Part shown: one piece after another, positions 9,051-18,526 of the stretch
How the letters are laid out: every line of letters starts with the position of its first letter
Position numbering within the stretch: position 1 is the stretch's first letter
Source: Sedimentisphaerales bacterium
GTDB lineage: Bacteria; Planctomycetota; Phycisphaerae; Sedimentisphaerales; Anaerobacaceae
Reading direction: 5' to 3'
NCBI GenBank assembly: GCA_040772485.1
Contig: JAXGYC010000008.1
Coordinates: 512,001-576,000 of the forward strand
Length of the DNA: 64,000 bases
Made by a program: the position numbers and the translations under genes
The notes under the pieces: generated by a model
Told to the model about the DNA's origin: nothing
Seen by the model: only the letters and a program-made list of their open reading frames with translations
Databases searched by the model: none

Positions 9051-11417
9051 ATGGCGAAATCAAACGCGCGAAAATCGCTGGTCATCGTCGAGTCGCCCGC
9101 AAAGGCCAAGACGATCAATCGTTATCTCGGTCCCGATTTCGAGGTCAAGGCCTCCATGGGGCACGTCCGCGATCTGCCCTCCAAGGGTCTCAACGTGGAC
9201 ATCGAGAACAACTTCGAGCCCACGTACGATATCATGCCGGGCAAGAAGCGTGTGGTCACCGCCCTCAAGGCGGCGGCCAAAAACTGCGACAAGCTCTATC
9301 TGGCAACCGACCTTGACCGCGAGGGGGAGGCCATCGCCTGGCATCTGGGCGAGATCCTCGGTTTTCCCGAAGACCGCACCTACCGGGTCATCTTCAACGC
9401 GATCACCAAATCGGCCATCAAGCAGGCCTTTGCCGAGCCGGGCCGGATCGACGCCGACAAGGTGATGGCCCAGCAGGCCCGCCGCATCCTCGACCGCATC
9501 GTCGGCTATCAGATCAGCCCGCTGCTGTGGAAGAAGGTCACGCGTGGCCTCTCGGCCGGACGTGTCCAGTCCGTCGCCGTCAAGATAATCGTCGAGAAAG
9601 AGCGTGAGATCCGCGCGTTCAAGGCCGAGGAATACTGGCTGATCCCGGCGGTCTTCACCACCGACCTGGCGGGCCGCTATCAGCAGCAGTGGCTCGACTT
9701 TATCGCCCCGAACGCCAAGGACGGCAAAGGGCCGAGCCTTGAGCAGCAGGGCGAATGGCTCGCTCAGCACCATGCATTCAAGGCCGAACTGCACAAGATC
9801 GGCGATCAGAAGTTCAAGGCGGGCAACGAGGAAGAGGCCCGCCGGGTCTTCGAGGACCTCCAGCGCGCCGAGTTCCGGATCGCGGACATCGAAACCAAGG
9901 AATCCGCGTCCAGGCCCTCGCCGCCATTCATCACCTCGACGCTCCAGCAGGCGGCGGCCAACCGCCTCGGATTCAGCGCCAAACGGACGATGTCGATCGC
10001 CCAGCAGCTTTACGAGGGCATCGACCTCGGTTCCATGGGCTCCCTCGGTCTGATCACCTACATGCGAACCGACAGCACGCACCTTTCGGGCGAGGCGGTC
10101 GGCGAGGTGCGCAACTTCATTCAGGGCCGCTTCGGGGGCGCGTATCTACCGGAGGAACCCAACTTCTACGCATCGAAGAAGACCGCCCAGCAGGCCCACG
10201 AAGCCGTCCGACCGACGGACGTCGATTTGACCCCGGATCAGATCAAGGAATTTCTCAACAACGAGCAGTACCGGCTCTACGATCTGATCTGGCGCCGCTT
10301 CGTCGCCTGCCAGATGCAGGCGGCCCGTTGGAACGTCACGACGCTCAACATCACGGCGCCGACCTCCGCCGGTGCTGCTGTATACAAGGCCAGCGGCCGC
10401 ATGCTCGTCTTCGACGGCTTCACGAAGGTCTGGCCGACCAATTCGAGCGAGCAGCAGTTGCCCGCGGTCCAGACCGGCCAGGCGCTGGCGGTGGTGGACA
10501 TCCGGCCGGAGCAGCACTTCACCAAGCCGCCGGCACGATACACCGAGGCCTCGCTCATCAAAGCCCTCGAGAAGGAGGGGATCGGCCGACCGAGCACCTA
10601 CGCGCCGATCATCAGCACGATTCAGGAGCGCGGCTACGTCGAGCAGAGAGACAAGAAATTCCACGCCACCGATCTGGGCGAGGTCGTCACCGGAAAGCTC
10701 GACGAGTACTTTCCCAGAATCATGGACATCGCCTTCACCCGCCACATGGAAGAGCAGCTCGACAAGATCGAAGAGCAGCACCTCAACTGGCAGGGCGTGC
10801 TCGGGGATTTTTATGGGCCTTTCAAACAGAATCTCGAAACCGCCCAGGAACGGATGACGCATGCCAAGGCCGAGTCGACGCCCAGCGAGTACACCTGTCC
10901 GGAGTGCGGCAAGCCCATGGTCTACCGCTTCGGCAAGAACGGTCGGTTCCTGAGCTGTTCGACGTACCCCGAGTGCAAGTTTGCCTGTCCCTGCGACAAA
11001 GAAGGCAAGATGCTCCGCGAGGAAGTCACCGAGCACAAGTGCCCCAAGTGCGGCAAACCGATGATCCGCAAGAACGGCCGCTACGGGGCCTTCCTCGGAT
11101 GCAGCGACTACCCCGAGTGCAAGACGACGCTGCGACTGGACAAGGAAGGCAACGCGATGCCGCCGAAACCTCAGGCAGAGCCCTCCGGCGTCAAGTGCCA
11201 CAAGTGCAAGCAGGGGGAGCTGGTCATCCGTCAAAGCAAGCGAGGCCCCTTCCTCGGCTGCAACCGCTTCCCGCGATGCCGGACGATCGTCGGCATCAAG
11301 CAGCTCGATCATCTCAAGGAACTCCAGGCGGCAGGGCAGTGGCCGCCGGACAGCCTCGAAAAGGCCGACGAGATCCTTGGCAGAGCCAAAGACAAGAAGA
11401 CGGCCGTGGCCAAGTGA
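9051..11417 (+). CDS. topA: DNA topoisomerase I with C-terminal zinc ribbons
   Basis: LVIVESPAKAKTI TOPRIM, DREGEAI, SAGRVQS, ITYMRTDS catalytic Tyr, three C4 zinc ribbons. Confidence 0.98.
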   Translation: MAKSNARKSLVIVESPAKAKTINRYLGPDFEVKASMGHVRDLPSKGLNVDIENNFEPTYDIMPGKKRVVTALKAAAKNCDKLYLATDLDREGEAIAWHLGEILGFPEDRTYRVIFNAITKSAIKQAFAEPGRIDADKVMAQQARRILDRIVGYQISPLLWKKVTRGLSAGRVQSVAVKIIVEKEREIRAFKAEEYWLIPAVFTTDLAGRYQQQWLDFIAPNAKDGKGPSLEQQGEWLAQHHAFKAELHKIGDQKFKAGNEEEARRVFEDLQRAEFRIADIETKESASRPSPPFITSTLQQAAANRLGFSAKRTMSIAQQLYEGIDLGSMGSLGLITYMRTDSTHLSGEAVGEVRNFIQGRFGGAYLPEEPNFYASKKTAQQAHEAVRPTDVDLTPDQIKEFLNNEQYRLYDLIWRRFVACQMQAARWNVTTLNITAPTSAGAAVYKASGRMLVFDGFTKVWPTNSSEQQLPAVQTGQALAVVDIRPEQHFTKPPARYTEASLIKALEKEGIGRPSTYAPIISTIQERGYVEQRDKKFHATDLGEVVTGKLDEYFPRIMDIAFTRHMEEQLDKIEEQHLNWQGVLGDFYGPFKQNLETAQERMTHAKAESTPSEYTCPECGKPMVYRFGKNGRFLSCSTYPECKFACPCDKEGKMLREEVTEHKCPKCGKPMIRKNGRYGAFLGCSDYPECKTTLRLDKEGNAMPPKPQAEPSGVKCHKCKQGELVIRQSKRGPFLGCNRFPRCRTIVGIKQLDHLKELQAAGQWPPDSLEKADEILGRAKDKKTAVAK

Positions 11418-11458
11418 GCCCGGCATGCGCCTCTGTCGCCACCCTCGCGCCTCGCAAT

Positions 11459-11525
11459 AGAAACAGAAAGGGAGCCCTGAGGGCCTCTGTGGGAGTCAGC
11501 CACAGAGCAGAGCCTCAGGACTCCC
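11459..11525 (-). terminator. Long hairpin/intrinsic terminator between convergent genes
   Basis: GGGAG-CCTGAGG-CTCTGTGG...CCACAGAG-CCTCAGG-CTCCC stem followed by TTTCTGTTTCT on the minus strand. Confidence 0.65.
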
Positions 11526-11573
11526 GTTTCCGTCATCTTCGAATGATTGAGCGGCTTAGCGCGGTGATCGCCC

Positions 11574-12218
11574 CTACTGCAGCACCTGCTCAACCCTTTG
11601 CACCTGAGCAGTGCCGGCCTGAATGACTGTCATGACCGAGCCCACCGAACCAGCGCCGCCGCCGAGCGAGGAGTTCTGCGCAACGGCCAGACAGGAATCC
11701 TCCGCCACGGCTCCCATGACATTGTTTGCCGCCTGGCCCTGATTCAGCAGTACCGAGTTACTGGCGCCCGCTCCGCCCGGGCCCAGCTCCTTGGCCAGAG
11801 ACTGGGTGCCAATGACGCCGACGCCCTGACCCTGTCCAATCTGGCCGAGGCAACCAGAGATGCTCTGCACTTGCCCGGCGATCCCGCCGGTGCCGCCCAA
11901 GGCAGCCGCCGCGTCGATGCTGCCGACGGCAAGCCCCTGGTCCACCAGCAGACCGGCACACATCCCTGCCGCAAATCCGGTCTGATTGAGCATGCCATGG
12001 ATGCCCTGGCTGGCCGCCGTTCCGACGCCCGTAGCGATCTGATCATTGCCCACCAGCACATTCTGTGCCAGAGAGCCCGTGCCCGGCCCTTCCGGCAGAA
12101 CGATGGAGCCCGCCAGACTGGCGTCGAAATTGAAACCCTGAAAGATGTCGCCCAGCGCAAAAGCACTGGAGCCGATGAAGAGAACGACAATCGTCGAAAC
12201 TGCAATCGCCTTTACCAT
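11574..12218 (-). CDS. Secreted Gly/Ala/Gln-rich repetitive beta-strand protein (amyloid/curlin-like composition)
   Basis: AAGGA RBS, signal peptide ending SAFA, repeated Q-x7-Q segments, very few charged residues. Confidence 0.7.
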   Translation of the reverse strand: MVKAIAVSTIVVLFIGSSAFALGDIFQGFNFDASLAGSIVLPEGPGTGSLAQNVLVGNDQIATGVGTAASQGIHGMLNQTGFAAGMCAGLLVDQGLAVGSIDAAAALGGTGGIAGQVQSISGCLGQIGQGQGVGVIGTQSLAKELGPGGAGASNSVLLNQGQAANNVMGAVAEDSCLAVAQNSSLGGGAGSVGSVMTVIQAGTAQVQRVEQVLQ

Positions 12219-13043
12219 GATTCGAATCCTTTCTACTGTTGTTGCCTTGGCTTACTTTCGGACCGCCAATCCCGAATTGGCGATCGAAAAACCAGTCAAA
12301 CGCTCCTTCGCATCACCTGCCGCGACAACCTCCTTCCTCCCCCTTGCTCCCGTGGAAACCATTCATCCATTCCTTCACCCCGGCGCGACCTCCTTTCTCC
12401 CCGCTCACGGTCGTTTCATCTTCAGGTTTCTTCTTACGCACCACCGCACCGATTGAGGCACGTCAATTCCACCAAGTTCCCCGCCCCACCGTCGTCCAGG
12501 GGATGCTTGTGCTGTTGTGAACCTCGGCGCGTACACACCCCGCTGGCAATCCTGCCTGCTCCGTTGAATGTGACGACCTCCACGGTACGTGCCGGGCAAG
12601 AACCCAAGCCCTTTGCGGCGAAACCTCTGCGTTTACAGACTGCGGCCTCCGTAGCATCCAGTGTCCTTGAGGCCGGCTCGATGGATGGACCTGAGCCAAG
12701 GTGGACGAGCTGCCCGACACCGATGAGCACGGCCTCGATTTCCTTATCGAGTACTGTCTCATCACCCTCCCGAAGGACCGCAACCAAGCAGGTGTGCGCA
12801 TTACCAGCCCGCCCTCGTTGTGCCACGGACGACCACCGTGACACCGCGAGTGGCGCGCGAGCGTGAATACCCTCAACCGCACAACCGACTCGGCCCGTCC
12901 TTCATCCTGTCGACAACACCGTCATCGCAGAAATGAAAACAGGCGATGGTAACCTCCGATTCCCCTTCTTCTCCGTAATCCGCCGGGGTCACGATCCTCC
13001 GTTCACCCAGCATCTCCAAAGGCGGATCTCGATGGTACCCGAT

Positions 13044-13071
13044 AGTGTACGACCGAAGATGCGTTTGTCAA
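13044..13071 (-). promoter_or_regulatory. Putative sigma70 promoter reading into the long GGA-rich region
   Basis: Minus strand TTGACA-16bp-TACACT. Confidence 0.45.
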
Positions 13072-13262
13072 GTCTAAAGTTGGAAAAATCGGCTCTGGCA
13101 GCACGTGACATTCGCCTGCCGATGCCCCATGGCGGCTCCGCGGTGAACGGCCTGCTCCGACGCAAGCAACGTGGACTCGCCGGGTCCGGTTACGAAGCGC
13201 ACGACCTGCCCGCGCCGCAGGCAACGATCGCATGGCCCCCTCCGCCCCGGCGGTCAACGCGC

Positions 13263-13290
13263 TTGGCAAACCGGCGTCCCGCGTTATAAT
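13263..13290 (+). promoter_or_regulatory. Putative sigma70 promoter for the orphan groES-like gene
   Basis: TTGGCA-16bp-TATAAT. Confidence 0.5.
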
Positions 13291-13336
13291 GGCGGCGTGT
13301 ATTGCGGCGTCGCGTTGCAGTGAGGTGGAACGGAAG

Positions 13337-13657
13337 ATGGCCAAGAACGAAGTCCCGGAACCGCAGCCCTTCGAGACCGTCGAGCCGATCGGCAAGCGGA
13401 TCCTCATCCGCAAGGACGAGGACAAGAAAGAAACCAAAGGCGGTATCCGGCTGCCCGACAACATCGAAATCCCGACGATCACGGGACGCATCGTCGCCGT
13501 CTCCGCCGAGGTCGAGAGCATGCCCGAGATCCCGCTGGCCCGATACGACAAGGTCCTGTTCAATCCCAAGGGGGCCATCCCCGTCGATTTCGAGGGCGAC
13601 AACCGCCTGTTCGTAGTGGAAGTCGAGAACGTCGTCGCGGTTTTTCGAAAGGCGTGA
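13337..13657 (+). CDS. Divergent co-chaperonin GroES/Cpn10 family protein (orphan)
   Basis: EPIGKRILI, mobile loop KETKGGIRLPD, GRIVAV, DKVLF, VENVVAV; GAGGTG RBS. Confidence 0.82.
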   Translation: MAKNEVPEPQPFETVEPIGKRILIRKDEDKKETKGGIRLPDNIEIPTITGRIVAVSAEVESMPEIPLARYDKVLFNPKGAIPVDFEGDNRLFVVEVENVVAVFRKA

Positions 13658-13660
13658 ATC

Positions 13661-15049
13661 CTACCGGCGCCGGAGGACCGCGACGTAGGCTCCGTCATGG
13701 TCGAACGGTTCGGCACAAGGCAGCGCCAGCTCCTCACGCACCAGCGCAAAGCCGCTGTCGGCCGCAAGGAATCGCCCGACAAGGTCGCTGTTCTCCGCAG
13801 TCTGAATGCTGCACGTGCTGTAGCAGATCCTGCCGTTGTCCTTGAGCAGGGCTGCGGCCCTGGTCAACAAGGCGAGCTGTGTCCGGGCCAACTCCTCGAC
13901 TGAATCGGGGCGGACGCGGAATCGAACCTCCACCCGCCGGGCGAGCACGCCCGTGTTCGAGCAGGGCACGTCGAGCAATATCGCATCAAAAGGTCCGTGT
14001 TGTCCACATTCGATCTGGGCGCACGGGACCACGGTCACGCTGTGGCAGCCCAGCCTTGCGAGGTTCTCCGGCACTTTCTTCAGGCGTTCGGCGTCGACGT
14101 CGGTCGCCACGATCCGGGCGGCATCGCCCGTCCATTCGGCCAGTTGTGTCGTCTTCGTTCCCGGCGCAGCGCACAAATCGAGAATCGCCCAGCCCGGCTG
14201 AGGGTCCAGCACTCGCACGGCCCGGGAGGCGGACAGATCCTGCACGGTGAACCATCCCTCCGCGTAGCCGGGCAGTTGCGTGATCGCCTGCGGACCGAGC
14301 AGACGGATCATATCCGCCTCGGCAGAACCGTCCGCCGGCGGGACGACTTCGGCCTCGATGCCCGCCTCATGAAACCGCTCCATCAGATGCGCCGGACGGG
14401 TCTTGAGCGCATTGACCCGGACGTAGACGCTCGGCCTGCGGCTGGAGCCGAGGCAGATCTGGCGGGCGCGTTGCGCGCCGAACTCCTTGATCCACCCGGC
14501 GACGAGCCACTGAGGGATCGAGAAACACGCGCTCAAGTGGGCGGCCGGGTCCGAATTCGCGTCGGGCAGAAAGTCTGTGTCGAATTCGCAGCCGGTCTGG
14601 GGCGACTGCACGAGTATCCGCGCTGCCGTGGTCTCGTGAACCGGGGCCTCCCGAGCGACGATGTGCCGAACGACGCCACGCAGTACGGCATTGACGAACC
14701 CCGTTTGTTTGCCGCCCCCCTCGCTGCGGGCGCTCTTGACGGCTTCATCCACGATGGAATACACGGGCGTATCGGGGCTGTACGCCAGTTCGTAGACACC
14801 CACTCGAATAACAGCCAGCAGGGGCTTGTCGATCTGCCTGATGCGCCGGCCGGAGAACTGCTCAATGACCCTGTCGATGGCGAGGAGATTCCGGATCGTT
14901 CCGAACACCAGATCGGTGGCGCGCTGCTTCTGGTCCGTCTGCGGCAGGAGACGATCGAGGATCGGTCCGGCGTGCGCCCGCCCGGCGTCGAAGCGGCGGA
15001 GAACCTCGGCGGCGACGACGCGCGCCGATTTGGACCCCGGATCGGACAT
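13661..15049 (-). CDS. rsmB: 16S rRNA m5C967 methyltransferase (NusB-like N-terminal domain)
   Basis: DLCAAPGTKT, DVPCSNTG, YSTCS motifs; synteny with fmt. Confidence 0.92.
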   Translation of the reverse strand: MSDPGSKSARVVAAEVLRRFDAGRAHAGPILDRLLPQTDQKQRATDLVFGTIRNLLAIDRVIEQFSGRRIRQIDKPLLAVIRVGVYELAYSPDTPVYSIVDEAVKSARSEGGGKQTGFVNAVLRGVVRHIVAREAPVHETTAARILVQSPQTGCEFDTDFLPDANSDPAAHLSACFSIPQWLVAGWIKEFGAQRARQICLGSSRRPSVYVRVNALKTRPAHLMERFHEAGIEAEVVPPADGSAEADMIRLLGPQAITQLPGYAEGWFTVQDLSASRAVRVLDPQPGWAILDLCAAPGTKTTQLAEWTGDAARIVATDVDAERLKKVPENLARLGCHSVTVVPCAQIECGQHGPFDAILLDVPCSNTGVLARRVEVRFRVRPDSVEELARTQLALLTRAAALLKDNGRICYSTCSIQTAENSDLVGRFLAADSGFALVREELALPCAEPFDHDGAYVAVLRRR

Positions 15050-15050
15050 G

Positions 15051-16004
15051 TCAGCTTTCCGCCTCGACGAAGCGATCGCCCGGCTGGACGTGCCAGCCGT
15101 TGATGAAGTCTTTGAACTCCATCAGTCCCGAGCCGGCCGGCTTGATCTTGCGGATGCCGAGTTTGCCATCTCCGCAGACCACGTTCAGGTCCTCATCAAA
15201 CGTCCCGGGGACGGCCGAGGCCGCCGTCGGGCCCCAGATGACATCGGCCAGAGCCAACGTCACGCGTACGGTCTTTCCCGTCCTGGTGCCAAGGTAGTGC
15301 GACGAGGCCCCCGGCCAGGGCCAGAACCCTCGCACCTTGTCGGCGATCACGTAGGCGGGAAGGCGGAAGTCGACCTCGCCGTCGGCCTTCTTGAGCTTCG
15401 GCGCTTTCGACGCAAGGAACTCGTCCTGCTTCGTATAGGTCGCAGTGCCCGCCTCGATCCGGTCGAGTGTCTCCAGCAGTAGCGACGGCCCCATTCGGGC
15501 CAGCCGGTCGTGCAGCTCGCCCGCGGTCTCGTGGACGCCGATTTGCGTGCCGCGCTGGGCCAGGATGTCGCCGGCGTCCATCCGGTCGGCCACGGTGATG
15601 ATGCTCACCCCTGTTTCTTTCTCGCCTCGGATGATCGCCCAGTTGATCGGCGCCGCGCCGCGATACTTCGGCAGCAGAGATGCATGTACGTTGATGGCGC
15701 CGTGGGGCGGAAGGGCGAGCAGCTCGGGCCCGATCTTCTGGCCGAACGCGATCACCACGAGAATGTCGGGCCGGACCGCCGCGATGCGCTTTCTGACGTC
15801 GGCGGCGTTGACGTTATCGGTCTCAATGGATGGCTTCGCATGGCTCTCGGCCCAGTGGCCCACGGGCATCGGACAGCACTTGCGTCCGCGGCCGGCCGGC
15901 TGCGGCGGCTGCGTCACCACCAGAGCAATCTCGTGATGCGATGCCTTCAGCGCATCCAGGCAAGGGATGCCGAACTCGCCGCTGCCGAGATAGACGATGT
16001 TCAT
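15051..16004 (-). CDS. fmt: Methionyl-tRNA formyltransferase
   Basis: NVHASLLPKYRGAAPI, GETG-like and MDAGDI motifs. Confidence 0.96.
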   Translation of the reverse strand: MNIVYLGSGEFGIPCLDALKASHHEIALVVTQPPQPAGRGRKCCPMPVGHWAESHAKPSIETDNVNAADVRKRIAAVRPDILVVIAFGQKIGPELLALPPHGAINVHASLLPKYRGAAPINWAIIRGEKETGVSIITVADRMDAGDILAQRGTQIGVHETAGELHDRLARMGPSLLLETLDRIEAGTATYTKQDEFLASKAPKLKKADGEVDFRLPAYVIADKVRGFWPWPGASSHYLGTRTGKTVRVTLALADVIWGPTAASAVPGTFDEDLNVVCGDGKLGIRKIKPAGSGLMEFKDFINGWHVQPGDRFVEAES

Positions 16005-16079
16005 GTCGATTACGGATTCCGGATTGGGCGTCTCGAATCGAGCGGGCGACCGCGCGTCCGCGACTCCCGTGGTCTTGTG

Positions 16080-16598
16080 TTATTTGCCCTCGTGCCTGTC
16101 GATGAGCTTCTTAATCTGCCGGCGGTTCGCGATCTTCGCGGCCGCCCCCATGCGGTTGAGGATCGTCATTCCATCGAGGTGGTCGCTCTCGTGCTGCAAA
16201 CAGCGGGCGTACAACCCGTCGGCCTCCTCGGTGAACTCATGGCCGGCCAGGTCGGTGGCGGTGACGGTGGCCCTTTTGTAGCGCCGGATCTTCGGGTAGA
16301 TTCCGGGCACCGAAAGGCAGCCTTCGCCGTTCTCGTCCAGGTCCCCGGCCGGCGTGACCGTGGGGTTGACGTACGCCCGGACCTGCTCACGCGAGCCGTC
16401 CATGGAGATGATGAACAGCCGCAGGCCGACGCCCGCCTGCGGAGCCGCCAGGCCCATCCCCTTGTTCTCGATCATGATGTCGGTCATCTTCTCGACCAGC
16501 CGCCGGATCGTCTCGTCGATCTTCTCCACCGGCGCCGCCGGCTGGCCCAACACCGCCGCCGGATACCGCGTGATCCTGCACTTGTCAACATCGATCAT
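16080..16598 (-). CDS. def: Peptide deformylase
   Basis: GMGLAAPQ, EGCLS, QHESDHLDG motifs. Confidence 0.97.
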   Translation of the reverse strand: MIDVDKCRITRYPAAVLGQPAAPVEKIDETIRRLVEKMTDIMIENKGMGLAAPQAGVGLRLFIISMDGSREQVRAYVNPTVTPAGDLDENGEGCLSVPGIYPKIRRYKRATVTATDLAGHEFTEEADGLYARCLQHESDHLDGMTILNRMGAAAKIANRRQIKKLIDRHEGK

Positions 16599-16647
16599 GA
16601 TACGGACCTCGTACTCCAGGCTCTCGTAACCTCACTGCACCCGGTGG

Positions 16648-17397
16648 TCATTTGTCGTCGAACTCGTGGCCGGCGAAGGTATTGCCCAGGTAGCTCTTCT
16701 TGACCAGCTCGTTGCGGATGATCTCGGCCGGGGGACCGGCCGCGATAACCTGGCCGTGGTCGATAATATAGGCCTTGTCCGCCACTTCGAGCGTTCGTTC
16801 GACGTTGTGGTCGGTGATCAGCACGCTGACGCCCGAGCCGACCAGGTGGCGAATCTCCCCCTGCAAATCCTCCACCGCGATCGGGTCCACCCCGCTGAAC
16901 GGCTCGTCCAGGAGGATCAGCGAGGGGTCGGTCACCATGGCCCGCGCGATCTCGAGCTTGCGGCGCTCGCCACCCGAGAGGAATCGCCCGTGGCTCTTGG
17001 CCACCTCTTTGAGGCCGAACCGCTCAATGAGCATGTCCGCCTTCTCGCGCCGTTCGGCCCGCGTCAAAGACATCGTCTCGAGGATCGCCAGCAGGTTGTC
17101 CCGGACGCTGAGGCGCTGGAAGATGCTCGGCTCCTGCGAGAGATAGCCGATCCCGAGGCGGGCCCGTTTGTACATGGGCAGCTTGGTGATCTCGCGGCCC
17201 TCGAAGACGACCTTGCCCACATCGGGGGTGACCATGCCCATGACCATTCGGAAGGTGGTGGTCTTGCCGGCGCCGTTGCGGCCCAGCAGACCCACGATGC
17301 TCCGCTGATCGATGGTCACCGAGACCTCGTTGACGACGGCCCGACCCGAATACCGCTTGACCAGGTTGTGCGTTTCCAGAAGGGTGATGCCAACCAA
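16648..17397 (-). CDS. lptB: LPS export ABC transporter ATP-binding protein
   Basis: GRNGAGKTT, YLSQEPSIF, LSGGERRKLEIAR, DEPFSGVDP, ITDHNV; TTG start after GAGGTG (start inferred). Confidence 0.93.
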   Translation of the reverse strand: MVGITLLETHNLVKRYSGRAVVNEVSVTIDQRSIVGLLGRNGAGKTTTFRMVMGMVTPDVGKVVFEGREITKLPMYKRARLGIGYLSQEPSIFQRLSVRDNLLAILETMSLTRAERREKADMLIERFGLKEVAKSHGRFLSGGERRKLEIARAMVTDPSLILLDEPFSGVDPIAVEDLQGEIRHLVGSGVSVLITDHNVERTLEVADKAYIIDHGQVIAAGPPAEIIRNELVKKSYLGNTFAGHEFDDK

Positions 17398-17637
17398 TAG
17401 AGCACCTCGCGTACACACGGTTGCGGACAAAGCCGCATTATACCAAGCCCCCGGGGGCAGGCAAGGGCACACTTCGACCGCCGGGACGCCGATCCGGACG
17501 CGCTCACGGCAGGCTCGGGACAGGCCTGCCCGCGTGCGAAAGCGAATAAAACTTCTGGCAATCGAGGGCCTTTTTTGCTATGAGGTGGGTTTTTATCGCA
17601 TGGCCAGACCCGTTCGGGAGTCCATAGAAGAGATCGT

Positions 17638-18414
17638 ATGTTTGCTGTCGTAAGCGATATCCATTCGAATATTGAAGCCCTGAGCACGGTCCTGGCGGAC
17701 ATCGAGAAACGGGGCATACAGAAGATCTACTGCCTGGGCGACGTGGTCGGCTACGGCCCGAACCCCACCGAGTGCCTCGATCTGATGATCGAACGCACCG
17801 AGTGGTGCGTGCTCGGCAACCACGACTACGCGGTGTTCTACGAGCCGACGAACTTCAACTACGGGGCCGAGCAGGCCAGTTTCTGGACGCGGGACGTGAT
17901 GGAGACCGACCCGGACAAGGCCCGCAGCGACAAGCGATGGCGTTTCCTGGGCGAGCTGCCCATGCGCCGGACGCTGGAGACCCAGTTGGGGCCGACCAAG
18001 GCCACGGTCGACTTCGTCCATGCCTCTCCGCGCCGGCCGATCAACGAGTACATCTTCCCCGACGACGTTTACACCAACCCGGCCAAGGTCCGCGTCCTGT
18101 TCGAGCGGATTCCCCACGTCTGCTTCGTGGGGCACACGCACATGCCGGGCGTCTTTCTCGATGAGCCGGACTTCTACCTGCCCGACGAGCTGGGCGGGGT
18201 CTATCCCATCATCGAGGAGGAGAAGGCCATCATCAACATCGGCTCGGTGGGCCAGCCCCGCGACAAGGACAACCGCGCCAGCTACGTGTACGTCGAGGAG
18301 AACAAGGTCCATTTCGTCCGGCTGGAATACGACTTCGAGACGACGATGAAAAAAATCTACGCCATCGACCGCCTGGACAATTTCCACGCCGAGCGGCTTC
18401 GGGACGGCCGATGA
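17638..18414 (+). CDS. Metallophosphoesterase family protein
   Basis: SDIHSN, GDVVGYG, GNHD, GHTH, NIGSVGQPRD. Confidence 0.92.
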   Translation: MFAVVSDIHSNIEALSTVLADIEKRGIQKIYCLGDVVGYGPNPTECLDLMIERTEWCVLGNHDYAVFYEPTNFNYGAEQASFWTRDVMETDPDKARSDKRWRFLGELPMRRTLETQLGPTKATVDFVHASPRRPINEYIFPDDVYTNPAKVRVLFERIPHVCFVGHTHMPGVFLDEPDFYLPDELGGVYPIIEEEKAIINIGSVGQPRDKDNRASYVYVEENKVHFVRLEYDFETTMKKIYAIDRLDNFHAERLRDGR

Positions 18415-18526
18415 GAGGCGAGGGGTCGGTTTCCTGCCCGCTGAGACCGGGCGGCCTCGGCAGACATGCGTCCGCCGAGCGTGGACGATCTGTGACTTGC
18501 CAAGTGGTTCGAACATAAAGGATTGT

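Noticed and set aside
12434..13289. ORFs 12434-12844, 12463-12882 and 12933-13289
   Set aside because: No GC3 bias, RBS or protein motifs
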